Assembly: GCF_026571515.1 (NCBI RefSeq) | Contig: NW_026866839.1 | Coordinates: 1-64,000 of the forward strand | Source of the DNA: Ruditapes philippinarum | Lineage: Eukaryota | DNA: 64,000 nt | Reading direction: 5' to 3' | Shown here: one piece after another, positions 1 through 12,566 of the stretch | Layout: the number at the start of each line of letters is the position of its first letter | How positions within the stretch are numbered: position 1 is the stretch's first letter | Position numbers and translations under genes: made by a program | The notes under the pieces: model-generated | What the model saw: only the letters and a program-made list of their open reading frames with translations | Database searches by the model: none | Told to the model about the DNA's origin: nothing

Positions 1-260
1 AGATAATCTGATATTGTGAATTGCACAAACTATCGAATCATTTAAAAATCTGAAAACAAAGTGATCCCTCGGAAGTTTAATCACAACAAAATTACATAAG
101 AATTGCAAGTCGGTTTGAATTTTGAGTCTGTACATGAGGGATAATGAATAAATTCAACATCCCTCGCCCCCTAGCACCGGCTTGAGCGGTACTCAATTCT
201 CAACACTTAATAGTGCTGGCATTAATGGTCCCGAAGGAAAAGAAAAAAAAAAACACTGAA
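1..260. repeat. Diverged copy of the cGLR upstream flank (homologous to ~20640-20860 and ~61100-61320)
   Basis: Shared strings, e.g. 'aatctgaaaa..gtgatccctc' and 'caccggcttgagcggtactcaattctcaacactta' vs 'caccggctaagcggtattcaatgttcaacactta' at ~20783. Suggests the cluster continues left of the window. Confidence 0.6.
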
Positions 261-1027
261 GTAAAAACATAATCTTCAAAGCACAAATAAAAACGTAATC
301 TTAAAAGCACAAATAATAAGCACACATAAATCAATGAATGAAATATATTTTTTATAGAACACAATTATTAAAGAATAAACCAAAATATATCTTTTCAACG
401 TTATTTGGTAGAAGCTAGAAGTTAGAAAACATTTGATTCAAATAACATCAATCAGTTAGAATAACTGTTAATTGTTAAGTTCGGTTAGATAGATGATGGA
501 TAAGTTCATCTCGCAATACAGTTTGAGATAATTTTTATCATTTCATTTGTACTTATCATTTTTCAATATCTCTGCTTTGAATTACTTTATATAGTACATG
601 CACAATGATTTTACAATACAAATAAATTATACTTTATATACATGTTTCAAAAATGTTTCAATACACTGAATGGTATCGATAACCCCAAAAGCTGTTAATA
701 TTCCTGTTGCGAAGATTGTAAATGTTGCAGGTTCGGTTTGATTGGGCATGTTCATGGAAGGTACTTGCAAATGGATGAAAATGAAAGTGCAAATTACTGT
801 ACTCAAATCCTTGCACAGACTTTAGAAGAATCAAACATATAATCATGATACTGATAAGCCCAGCACACCAAAAAAAATTTTGCCTGATGTCAAAAACCCT
901 ATTTCTGTTTGTTTATTTACATGTAAAATTTTTAAAAAACCGATTTAAACTCATAGGTTTAAAAACCCATTACTTTCCCTTAAAGGAACTATTGTTTTGT
1001 AATTTTGAATTTTAAAGTACTTTTTTT

Positions 1028-1439
1028 TTAATAAAGCCTAAACCAACATTGAGCTTACTATTTACAAATATGAAACTTTGAGCGTTTTTTCTGTTCGTTT
1101 TTTAGAGAAAAACATTAGCCTTTAAGCATAATCCTTTTTTTCTTTTCCTAAAAGATTTAGTGCTGTTTCTTTGTGTCTGAAATTTGGCTCCTCTACAATG
1201 CATTTAGCAAGGTTGGAAGTTGCCACATGTTTATCCCGACTCCTTCTGAGATGAGAATATGTCTTATACTATAGAAAGTACAAATAATGTAGAGAATCTA
1301 CCACAGCCAAATCCATCTATTTATCATCTTCACTTCTATAAGGGAGGTATTGTTGTGATGACCTTAACATTTCATGTTGGAGTTCGTAGATTCATATCGC
1401 AGAAATCTAACACAGGATGAAGTTATACTGTGTAACAAT
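1028..1439 (-). pseudogene. Decayed 3' remnant of a cGLR/Mab-21 gene
   Basis: Clear nucleotide similarity to the last ~450 nt of 54809-56917 (e.g. 'aatttggctcctctacaatgcatttagcaaggttggaa', 'acatttcatgttggagttc'), with indels and no long ORF. A further ~25 nt continues after the insertion, at ~2412-2440. Confidence 0.85.
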
Positions 1440-2411
1440 ATAGGGTTAATGCACGTTTTTCCGTGTTATAACGTCTGCAGAGTCCCGAGGAACGATTGGC
1501 TCCAACAGTTCCGAGGGACTCTGCAGACTTATAAACACGAAAAATAAACGTGCGTTGACGGCTATTATAGCATAACATTTTCAAACAGATTCGTGATGTA
1601 TAGTTTATACAAAACACAATTACTTTAAATTCTTGTGCTTGGACGGTATTTATCCAATTCTATGTTTTACGTGTGCGTTTCATTTTTCCCGGGGCCAACA
1701 ACTTGGAAAATTCTCGGAACCGAACGAAATTTGGAATTTTAATTGATTTAACAAAGCTTGGCCTTTGGAGATTTATTATCTCAAGAAAAAAAACGTTACA
1801 TTACTCTACCCTCTACCCAAGACAAAACATGACCCTCATAAATTCTTAAAATGATTTCAGATTGACGGTAGAAAAGATCAGTGACATCAGAATCGGTTTT
1901 TTTTTAAGCAAACAAGTTTACAAAAATTCAGGCACTAAGCATTATTCTCTCAAAGAAATATAAAGAGCATTTATCAACATAAAACATAAATAAAAAACAT
2001 TTTCTCATATTAATTTGTGTTTATCTAGTTTTGTAAGTTAATCGGAGTTTTAATCTGAATGACAGGTAGATTCTACTGTATTTGTTTACATTGACAACTG
2101 TCAGTTTCTTAGAAAGGGCGACAACCACGATTAGCACCGATGTTTATACTCCGTTTTTTTTTCCGGCAAAGTTACTTGAATATGCGACTGAGGCCCTCGA
2201 ATCAAATGAATTTCAATATAACAAGAGCGCATGACTCAAATGGCAAACAGGCCAAATCGTCATTTTTTGTTTGTTTGTTTACTAGGCCCTGTATGTATTG
2301 CGCATAGGTGAAAACCGGGCAATAACAAAGAGCGCGTGACTATGTTAACACATGGTTTTGGTCCCGTTATAACATGGGCAAAAGAGGGAAAAATAGCCGA
2401 TTTTATGCTAT
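1440..2411. mobile_element. ~970-bp non-autonomous DNA-transposon-like insertion in the cGLR remnant
   Basis: Absent from the paralogous site at ~33640 ('tgtaacaatgtctattc'). Flanked by aat/aat, with termini atag...ctat and subterminal 'gttataac' at both ends. Confidence 0.6.
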
Positions 2412-2444
2412 AATGTATATTCATCATTTGCTTCATCAATGACC

Positions 2445-3590
2445 TTTTTCGTCTATAGTCTTAATATTTGGCATGGAGGTTAGACATGATTAATAGATGA
2501 CCCATATTGATTTTGAGGTCAATAGGTTTAAGGTCACAAGGACCTTGACTAAAATAAAGCTTGTCTGTCCAAAATAACTTAAGCAAATCCTTTGACGCCA
2601 CAGTCTTAATAATTTCGCATGGAGGTTAAGTCATGATTAATAGATGACCCCAATATATTTTGAGGTCACTGGGTCAAAGGTCAAGGTCACGGGGGCCTTG
2701 ACTAAAAAAGTTTTACTGCTCATAATAATTTAAGAATCCTGTGACCCACAGTCTTCATATTTGGCATGGAGGTTAGTCATGACCATTTGATGACCCATGT
2801 TAATTTTGGGGTCACTTGGTCAAAGGTCAAGGTCACAGGGACCTTAAGATCAAAAAGCCTGTCCGCTCAATTGCTTAAGATGACCCCTATTGATTTTAAG
2901 GTCACCAGGTCAAAGGGGCGTTGACTAAATAAAGCTTGTCCGCCCAATAACTTAAGAATCCTTTGACTCACAGTCTTTATATTTGGTATGGACGTTGGTC
3001 ATGACCATTTGATGACCAATTTTAATTTTGGGGTCACTTGGTCAAAGGTCAATGTCACAGGGACCTTAAGATAAAAAAACCTGTCCGCTCAATTGCATAA
3101 GACTGCTTTGGTCAACAGTCTTCAAATTTAGTGTTGAGGGGTTGGTCAGAAACTATTAAAAAATAACCTCATTGATTTTCAGGTGTACGATGTGTCAAAG
3201 GTCAAGGTCCGGGGCTTTTACTACAATAAACAAATTGTCTGCCCAAATGCTAGAATGCCTGTCGAAGTGAAAATTGGATTTCTGACTTTTCAATTTGGTG
3301 CATATAAATTTATGTTCTCTTATTCATCATAAAACATTCCCCTAGGCAAAGCTGCCATTAATTAGGGGGGGGTATTCAAGTATGAATGGCAGTTTCAGTT
3401 TTGAGGAAAATAAAAAAGGTAATGTCCTTTTGGAAAATTTGCAACTAAAAATAGAATAAATAATAAAAATACACTGGCCCTTAAGTTCCCCTTAGATTTG
3501 GCTGGGAGGTTGTCCTCGAGCTCTAAATGACCACTTTTGATTCTGACATAGTGGTATGCGGGGTTATTCACGCCATGACAGTGACAACTG
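2445..3590 (+). repeat. Interspersed repeat with internal tandem subunits (Helitron/Helentron-derived, non-autonomous)
   Basis: Repeated 'gatgacccctattgattttgaggtcac..ggtcaaaggtcaaggtcac' subunits. Paralog at 33675-34700. Confidence 0.6.
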
Positions 3591-5299
3591 ACAAATATTT
3601 CTTTAGGGAAAATATATTCATCAAATATATTGTGAAAATCATTACGTGACGGTGCATTTAAATTTACTTTTTAGATCACCTATTAAAGGAATAACGGGAC
3701 TGCCTGTATCACCGGCATCCACACCATTGTAATATTAATGAAAGTTTAATAGGCATTTTTGTACAGCATCACATCTTATCAATCATTTTGATATTTGCTT
3801 GTAACTTTACACATGTGGTTTTGAGATCATAATCACTAGTCCACAGTTCTGGATTTTGACTGATTTATGGCCGTTTTTTTGAAACCTTGAAAAAATCTAT
3901 CATAAAAACCGTTTGCAAGTAACACTAATCCTTCAAAACTACTGAAGGTTTTCCTCTTTGAAAATTGATACATGCCTTTTGATTATAATTTGAGGTCACT
4001 TTCAAACGCCCAGACATTTTGGCTTGAAATATTACTTAATTATTGAAATATTGGTGGAAGTTACTTTAAACTTACTAGTAATTCATATCTATAAAATCGT
4101 AATGAAAGCCACTTCCCAAGACACATAATTCTGACATTGATTTAATTTTAGAATAAAATAAATCGTAGCCTTTTTGTGAACATGACTTCATGGATTTAAT
4201 TTTAGAATGAAAGAAATCAAAGCCTTTTTGTGAACATGACTGGTAACTTTCTGTTTATTGGCCAAGCACTATAAATAGAGGCACGTGCTGTTCTGTCGTG
4301 CTGTTCTGTCGTGCTGTTCTGCCGACAGCTCTTAATAAATAAATTTCGGAAAGTTCATGTATTTTTTTTATCATTTTGACACAAAGTTTTCTTATTCTTT
4401 TATTAATGTTGAATTATTTCTCTCTTGTTTATCCACAATAGCATAAAATCCGATTGTCAATATTGCATTTTCATACTGCAGTAAATAGTTCCGCTACCCG
4501 TATTATACGCGGGTGCGTCTTTTACGCGGGTAATTTCTAAATACGCAGCTGTTACGCTAATGAATTAAAATCTAGCAAATGAATTAAACACGGCACGGGA
4601 AACCACAATGTAGCCTAACAGAAAGAAAACAGTGAAAATATAAGCCACTTAATTTTTGTTAAAATCTATTTTTATTTTGATACTCGGTTCCATGCAGTGG
4701 ATCACTGCAGTCAGATCTCTAACTCTGGTCTTCTTTGACTCTTGGATTATCAAAGTCTCGTTTAAGGCCCAGTCCTGCAGGGACAGTTAGACTGAGAATT
4801 TGAAACATCCTTTGGTATTTTCGCGCTGAAATGACGCGTATATTTTATTTCTTTAGGTATCTTTAAATTGTAAACACATTAGATATAAAAAAAATGGACA
4901 ACAGCAAAACTCACATTAGCAACTTATAGTTTAACTCAAAATAAATAATCAAAATTTTAATTAAAGTGTAAAATGAATTTTATGATACTTCTTAATTTTG
5001 TGAAATAGATGGATACATAGCTTGTAGGATTGTGGAATCGAAATACTTACATGAAGATATTGTGCCATAAATTTAGACTATTTGCACAGGTAAACGGATT
5101 ACGTACTTTTGAAATTTACATTTATTTAGCCAGCATAACCCATATTTAGTTTATTTCAACCGACGCCGTCGTCTTGTTCTACGACTGTATTGTGGTCAAC
5201 TTATTTAAAATATATTCTATTTTTAGAATAACTTATACAATTATATATTTATATGTAATGCTAATATAATGTCCCTACTAAATGATCTCCACTTTTAAA

Positions 5300-5401
5300 T
5301 GATAAGAGACTATATATAGAAACATAGAGCTAGTTCAGTCTATATAAGGTCGTGTATTTCAGAACTATCTATTTGTTTATAATACAATAGTTCAGGTAAG
5401 T
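5300..5401 (+). promoter_or_regulatory. Putative core promoter and non-coding first exon of the glycoside hydrolase gene
   Basis: TGATAAG (GATA site, ~5300), TATATATAG (5311), Inr-like TCAGT (5335-5339) and donor CAG|GTAAGT at 5396. All are conserved in unit B (~37287-37388). An acceptor TTTTCAG (8125) lies 6 nt before the ATG. Confidence 0.5.
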
Positions 5402-6584
5402 TTAAGAAGTTTTTAAATAAATATATATAAATATATTTGATAATCCATAGTTTGACAACCAGGGGTTAAAACATATTACTTTTTCCAAACACCAATATAA
5501 TCCTTATTTTTAAATGAATGCGCGTTATTCTATATTTTCATCTTATGCTTAACATAATGTACTGTAATACGTACAATTTACGGAGTATGCAAGTCTATTT
5601 TAATTACAATTTTCATCATGCCTCATATTTCGGTCGGTAAAGGACCACAGAGAGGGCCAAACTATGCGATAAAAGAATTAAAGGAGTATGGTAAATCGAC
5701 CTGATATGGTTATTCGAAAACAAATCTTCCCTTGTTTGTAACTTGGTAAAAAATATGTCGATAAAGTTCGTAAATCATGTCATACATACGAAGCGCCATG
5801 TTGATAAAACATATGAATAATGAACATGAATATTGATATTTTTTCTATAGCTTGAATATTTCACTTATCTGAAGGCTTTCGACTTTTAAAAACAAAATAT
5901 TACTGTGCACACCTATATGTATGTAGTTTCAATCAATCGTTTGATTGGAGAATAATTGTTAATAACTGATACACAACGGTGTAATAATGTTTAAATCGCA
6001 CCAGGATTTTGCATATTTTGACGAAAAACACTGAAAGAAGGATTGACATAAAAAACATTAATACATTTAATTTAAAGAAGGATTGACTTAAACTTAATTG
6101 ATATACATTTTATATTAACTAGAACATATCTACGTCACTGACCGATGTTTTAATTTCGTGGTCCAGTGACTTCATGAATTATTCAAAAACAAAATATTAC
6201 GCTTCTTATTTTAACTACTATTGCACAGAAAGAAAAAAAGATGATCAATCTGTTAATTGTTCTATATTGTATTTATTGTCATTGTTATATTTAAATATTT
6301 ATATATCACTATTCATTCCCGTGTTATATAACATTCCCGTGTTATAAAGCATTAACGTGTTATAATTAAAGCATTAACGTGTTATATAGCATTAACGTAA
6401 ACAATCAAATAACAGTAATACTTCAAACGGTAACATGTGAGGCATGTAATAAAAATATAGATTTAAAATATTTTTCAAATAATATATAAACTTTATAGAA
6501 TGATGCACACAATATCCAGCCATGTTCCATATTTATAAAAAGCAAACAAGTTATGTTCAAAGCTTCCCTCCTCTCCCGTTCTTT

Positions 6585-7205
6585 TTATTGTGTCGCCTCT
6601 ACGGAGTAGTGGGATCACTTCTCCGTCGTCTGTCTGTCTGTCTGTCCGTCCGTCTGTCTGTCCGTCCGTCCGTCCGTCCGTCCGTCACAAAACTTGTCCG
6701 GACTACTCCTCATGAACTACTGGTGCAATTTCATCCAAACTTTACAGGAATGATCAGTACCAAGTCTAGTTGTGCATATTGTCAGCATTTTCCGGTTCAA
6801 TGATTTTTGTCAGAGTTATGGCCCTTTAATAATTTTTATTTTTAAAGTTTGTCCGGACTACTTCTCTTATACCACTAATGCAATTTCAATGAAACTTTAC
6901 AGGATTGATCTGTAGCTCAAGTTGTTGCGCATATTGCACGGGTTTTCCGGTTGAATGATTTTTGGCAGGGTTATGGCCCTTTGATAAAAAGGTGTTTTTT
7001 TTCTGTGTGTTGCCAGATACACAAAAGCTTGTCCAGACTACTCCTCATAAACTACTGGTGCAATTTTATCCAAACTTTACAGGAATGATCTGTACCAAGT
7101 CTAGTTGTGCACTGTCCGTCTGTCTGTCCGTCTGTCACAAAACTTGTCCCAGCATGAAATTGGCCATCATGAGGCGACACATATGTGATCACTGATCGCT
7201 CTTGT
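6585..7205 (+). mobile_element. Pearl/HINE-like non-autonomous Helentron element
   Basis: 11-bp subterminal inverted repeat tgtgtcgcctc (6589) / gaggcgacaca (7171), (GTCT/GTCC)n microsatellite, internal tandem cores and a 3' mini-hairpin gatcactgatc. Inserted in a T-run; absent from unit B (~38940). Confidence 0.75.
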
Positions 7206-8131
7206 AAAGAAAATTCAGACATTTTACTAACGACTGTAGATAACTTATATATCCCACTCTTTATTTCAGCATGAAATTAACCGTAATATAACCGTTACTA
7301 TGTTACTGCAAGAATCCATTTTGACGAAAAGCTTTGACTTTTTTGTTGTAGTTGGTAGTCGTTGCTTTTTGTGTGTGTGTGGGGGGGGTGTTTTTTTTAG
7401 CAGATGACCTCCAAGTAAACTCGAATGTGACGTCAAAAATAAGAGTTTTAACAAACTTTATAGTCTAACGTACGACAGTCCAATCTACATCACCACCTTC
7501 CCTTTAGATATAACATTATCTATTCATTAAATTTACAAACGGTTCATAAAACTATACCATCCCCGGGACACTAATGATTGATCTATATATAACAGGATAG
7601 ATAAAAGATGATACATTGATGTAACATCAAAACATTCGTACGTACATCCTGTTTTAAGTGTCTCTATATAAACCTATTTAAACTGAATATGTGGCACATA
7701 TGATTGTATAATGTGGTAGGTTCAATGAAAATTAACTTGTTAACGTTTTAATGTTCATTTTTATAATCAGAGTATGTTTTTTTTATTAAATCTTTTTTTC
7801 TTTTTTCTTTTTTTTTTTTTTTGGGGGGGGGGGGTCGATAAATGATACAGAATTATAACAAAATGTGAAGATGACTTTTTAAATCAAGAAGAATTGTTAT
7901 ACTGAATTTTGCAGCCAATAAGTGTATATCAATTGAAATAAAAATTAGGGGTATTCTTAGAGAACTTAAAAAGTATCATCTAATCAATAAAAATAATATT
8001 AATATACTGTTTTTTGTTTTTGTTTTTTTTTTGCATGCATGCGTGCCAGTGTGCGTGCGCTTGTGTATTCTTCCAATTTGTATTTAGTCAAGTAATGGAC
8101 TATAGTTGATACCGTTTATTTTCAGATAAAC

Positions 8132-10438
8132 ATGTTGTCTCCATTTCTGAAATACACTATATTCTGCGCGTTGTTCATTGGTTCAATTAGAAGCTGGGAT
8201 CCAGATGCTGGCCTCATCAAGTCCTATACGAAGTTACATAACGTTACAGTCCAAGCATCGTCTGGTACCCATCCTGAAAATGTTATTGACAGTAACGACA
8301 ACACGAACTGGGTATCAGCGCACTGTTTACCATACGGGTATCTGAATAGAAATGATGTTAATATAATTTTTGGCGCGTGCAAAACTGGCGCGTGCTTATC
8401 AAGTGGGAATTCTGGGAATGGTCTCGGAGTCGCGACAGACGGAAACCCTTATACGGCAGCGCACGTGCAGAAAAACGGGTCATCAGCGTTTCTTTCTGTG
8501 GATTTAGTAAATTCCCAAGTTTTGCAAATAATTTCAGTCGGCGGGGTGTTTCCAAGTCCTACACATCTATATGTGTATGAAGTAACAAAATTTGGCTCTC
8601 AAAAACATTTACTGAAAACTTTTACATCCACTGATAATTATAAGAATATTAATATTCCTGGAACGAACTTCACAGTTAACAAACTAGAGCTCGTTTCTGA
8701 TTCAGGTTTCACTGTAAAGGACATGGGTGCAATTGGAGAAAATGGGTGCACAGAGCATATAACAGTTGATCTTGGTCATGAACGCAGCGTCGGTACGATT
8801 CGAACACGCCACTGGGCCGGAAGTAATGCGGCTACAAAACTTGTACTTAAAACATCAACAAACGGACATATATGGAATATGGTTGCTGATTTAGACCCAA
8901 ACGCTGTACACGCCGTCACTACACGTATTCAGCCAGCTGATATTCGTTACATTACTTTAGAATACAAAGTCCATATGGTTAATCATAAAAAGGTTTATTG
9001 TTTTGAAGTGGATGCTTGGGACGAAAACGGCATATGGGGACCTGAAATATCCGCTAAACCACAGGTTAACACATTTCGAGAAATCCTCGGTGTGAACGGG
9101 ATCTGGGGCTGGGGAACAAAAAGTTACAGTGACAAATTAGGACCTAACGAAGGACCTTTGTTATATAGTGAAGTTGCAAGTCACGCGCGTAATTATCATA
9201 ATCTCGTCTGGGACGTGACTGATCCCGATCTTGACCCTGAATACGATGCAATGGCAGCCGGGCATGGAACACAAGCAATGTGGTGGTTGAACTGGGATAC
9301 AGAATACCGTGCATGGAATGCAGCAAATTTAACCGTAGATATTTCCATACAATTCACAAATAAAACAGTACCGGAGAGCAAATGGAACACACCTGAGCAG
9401 TCTGCTTTTCACTACGGGCAACAGGTAGCAAAACATTTTGGTTCAGTTCAGGGCAATGGTCTTGTTCAAGCAGTCGAGGTCGGCAACGAACCATGGGACT
9501 ATAACGCTGCATTTTATGCCTCGGTCTTAAAAGGAATGGCAAGCGGTCTTAAAAGCATGGATAACAAATTGATTGTTATTCCTGGTACTTTCCAGGCCGA
9601 GGATAAAGACCACGAAAATACTTACATTGGTACCCGGGTTCTTCCGGAAGTAGCGGACAATATAGATGTCATTAACTGTCATACTTACAGTTTTATCAAT
9701 GATGACGCAGGTATACGAAAAGGAACGTATCCAGAAAATAAACTGTCCACATTTAATAACATCCGACCAATAACAAGATGGCGGGACACAAACACACCGA
9801 AGAAACCCATATGGGTTACAGAATGGGGATGGGATTCTGATGGTGTGGGAGAACAGTGTAGAGGAACAGAATGTGTAAGTGAGCGTGCACAAGCTGTGTA
9901 CGCTGTACGAGGTCTTTTATTGCTGGCAAGGTCAAATATTGAAAGAGCCACGTGGTATTTCTACGCCAACACCGAATGTGATACTTTATTCTGCCGCAGT
10001 GGACTCACTTCGTCTCACAAGAATAATTTTCAGAAGAAAGCAGTATTTTACACATTTCAAAAATTCTTACAGTACGTTGGTAACACTTACTTTCTTGGTA
10101 TTATCCAAGAAAACGACAACGGTTTTGTTTATGCTTTAAGTGACAAGCCACATGCATGTTTGGAAAATGCAAGCGTCTCTGACTTGCTTCAACATGCATC
10201 GCACGTAATCGGTTGGCTTCCGGTTGATATTAGTAATAAAAATTCAAGACAAACCACATTACAACTTCCGGCGGAAACACAAGTATCATTTGCATGGAGA
10301 ATCGCCGGAAGTTCAAATGATCGATTATTCAAGACGACAGATTATCAGCAAAGCGGCAATTCACTGGAAATAACTTTAAAAACTGAGCCTTTGGTTTTGA
10401 AATTTAACCACAAAACTATCACAAGTATTGTAGGGTGA
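8132..10438 (+). CDS. Secreted clan GH-A glycoside hydrolase (GH39/GH5-like TIM barrel) with N-terminal F5/8 type C (discoidin/CBM32)-like domains, 768 aa, single coding exon
   Basis: Hydrophobic signal peptide. Discoidin motifs 'ASS..PENVIDSNDNTNW', 'ITVDLG', 'STNGHIW', 'RYITL'. Acid/base motif 'VEVGNEPW', 'DVINCHTY', nucleophile motif 'KPIWVTEWGW'. Uninterrupted ORF. Confidence 0.85.
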   Translation: MLSPFLKYTIFCALFIGSIRSWDPDAGLIKSYTKLHNVTVQASSGTHPENVIDSNDNTNWVSAHCLPYGYLNRNDVNIIFGACKTGACLSSGNSGNGLGVATDGNPYTAAHVQKNGSSAFLSVDLVNSQVLQIISVGGVFPSPTHLYVYEVTKFGSQKHLLKTFTSTDNYKNINIPGTNFTVNKLELVSDSGFTVKDMGAIGENGCTEHITVDLGHERSVGTIRTRHWAGSNAATKLVLKTSTNGHIWNMVADLDPNAVHAVTTRIQPADIRYITLEYKVHMVNHKKVYCFEVDAWDENGIWGPEISAKPQVNTFREILGVNGIWGWGTKSYSDKLGPNEGPLLYSEVASHARNYHNLVWDVTDPDLDPEYDAMAAGHGTQAMWWLNWDTEYRAWNAANLTVDISIQFTNKTVPESKWNTPEQSAFHYGQQVAKHFGSVQGNGLVQAVEVGNEPWDYNAAFYASVLKGMASGLKSMDNKLIVIPGTFQAEDKDHENTYIGTRVLPEVADNIDVINCHTYSFINDDAGIRKGTYPENKLSTFNNIRPITRWRDTNTPKKPIWVTEWGWDSDGVGEQCRGTECVSERAQAVYAVRGLLLLARSNIERATWYFYANTECDTLFCRSGLTSSHKNNFQKKAVFYTFQKFLQYVGNTYFLGIIQENDNGFVYALSDKPHACLENASVSDLLQHASHVIGWLPVDISNKNSRQTTLQLPAETQVSFAWRIAGSSNDRLFKTTDYQQSGNSLEITLKTEPLVLKFNHKTITSIVG

Positions 10439-10660
10439 AAGAAAATATTGCGCTCATCTATTATTCCATTTATTTTGCTGGTCAAATTATTAAATATTCG
10501 AACTGATTTTGATTGAGCGTTTTGTCCTTATACTTGTATACTTTTTCCTAAAACATCTCAGACAATCTTAATTTATTCAAATCTCTTGAACTTAATGTTT
10601 AGTTCGTAATAGAAAATGGAACCGTCATTTTTTATTTGAAAAAACAACTTTGCATATTCG

Positions 10661-12566
10661 TTCATTTTATTGGCGTCCGCGCCGAAGCGCCGAAGCGCGG
10701 CGCTCTTATGGAATGAGATCAGATTTTGTGAAAGGGCGACAGCAACTTCTCGAGCCTTTTAGTCGGTCATAATAAAAGCCGAAAATTCCGATCGGTATAA
10801 GGGTGCTTGATTATTAAATAAGAATGAAATGTCGCGATATGTTACAATGAATTTTCGCAATGCAAACATTTACAAATGAAATAACCTTTTCCGTCAATAA
10901 ATCGCGCTCTTCGGGGTTTTTTATTTATCATTTTGTAGTACACAGTCGGTTATCATGTCATGGTATGTTATTGTTGTACATGTATCCTAGAATGATCAGT
11001 TGATGACCTAAATATTCCAAAAACCTATTTATAGATATATCTTTTTATCACTCCTATCGGTAAATGCCGGTCTCTCCCGGTCTATTTTGACCAGGATTTA
11101 CTAGTGACCGGCGAATAGTACCACACGTTTATTGTCCGGTCTCTCCCGGTTTTGGAGTAGATGTTTGATATCGTTACAATTAGAAAAAAACAACAATAGC
11201 ATGTTTCATTTTATCTATATGAGATAAAAACAATAAATATGTACACGGATTTATATGTAATATAAATCCGTGATATGTACAATAATTGAGAAAAAGGTAC
11301 ATTTTTTATGGTATTAAAATGACATTATCAACTTTGAAACATTTTATTTAATTATTCAATTTGTTATCCGTGTTTAGTAAAGATGCCGAGGAATTATTCA
11401 AAGTTACAAATTAGATTTTATGAATTATTCAATTGATCGATAATTTATAAAATGATAAAGAAAAATACAATGTACATGTACATGGTTTAAGAATAAACAA
11501 TATTATATATTGAAAGATAAACCATAATTTACTGACTTTTTCCAGTTAAGCTTTGACTTATAATCGTCGGTCAATATGACAATTGAATTCTTAAAATTTA
11601 TTTTACAATTTTATTAAAAAAGATAATTATATACTTGTAAATGAAATATTGAGAAATATTGATGAAATAAAATGCGTATTTTCATTTACCGTATTTTCAC
11701 TGTAAAAATTTATTTTTCACTGCAGTGAAACATATTTTCCGTATTTTCACTGGTGTCTTGCCGGACTACTTTCTTTTAAATTCTGACAGAACACAAAATT
11801 TAAGGGAAAAGCTTTCAAATTTTATAGCAAAAAAGAGAAAAATGTATATAATAAACAGAAAATTCAAGTTTTTTCTATAAATACATGATTTATTTTCATC
11901 TTGTGGCATGAAAATTACCATATTTCACTCGTGGCTACCGCCACTCATGAAATAATTATTTTCATACCACTCGATGAAAATAAATCATGTATTTATAGAA
12001 AAAACTTGAATATCCTCTATGTAGTAAAAACTCAGTATTAAAATAGCACATAAAACACAAAAAAGAATAAAGCAAACATTATTCATAAAATTTGTATTTT
12101 TTTTTAAATTAAAATTAATAGATATTACAATTATTGTATAATAAACAATTATGCTCAACATGATCAACATGGTAATATAACCAGTGTCATATTTTTACTA
12201 ACTTAAAGTGTGAACAGATACCTTAAGGGGGTCTTCGCTAATAGCGATAACATGTGCATAATAAGGGACAAATGTGTGGTACGTGTTGATCATGCGTTAC
12301 ACATATGGATTATAAATGATTGCATACATGTATATCCGTTGCTATTAATAACCACGATCATAAAGAAATAACAAGTAATATTCTAATCTCTAGCATGCCA
12401 ATCAAAGTTCATAATGAACAATGTCTTTCGTCCGCTCATTCATAAGTGGTATACATTTCTGGTAGTTTATAAGAATATCTTGTCATCATATGTGTACTAG
12501 TTCATCTTCACTTGCTGCATTTCTTGCTTGGACGCCCTTTGATGCTTTGCATCAATGCTTTTCTTG
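10661..12566. mobile_element. Composite repeat insertion present only in unit A, including a long palindrome at ~11859-12013
   Basis: Unit B joins the flanks directly at ~52930. Contains GC-rich 'gcgccgaagcgccgaagcgcggcgc' and an end 'cactggtgtcttgccggacta' related in reverse to ~36555. Confidence 0.55.

Noticed and set aside
9144-9951. Antisense ORFs conserved in both hydrolase copies
   Set aside because: Conservation follows from recent duplication of the sense CDS; there are no independent coding features.
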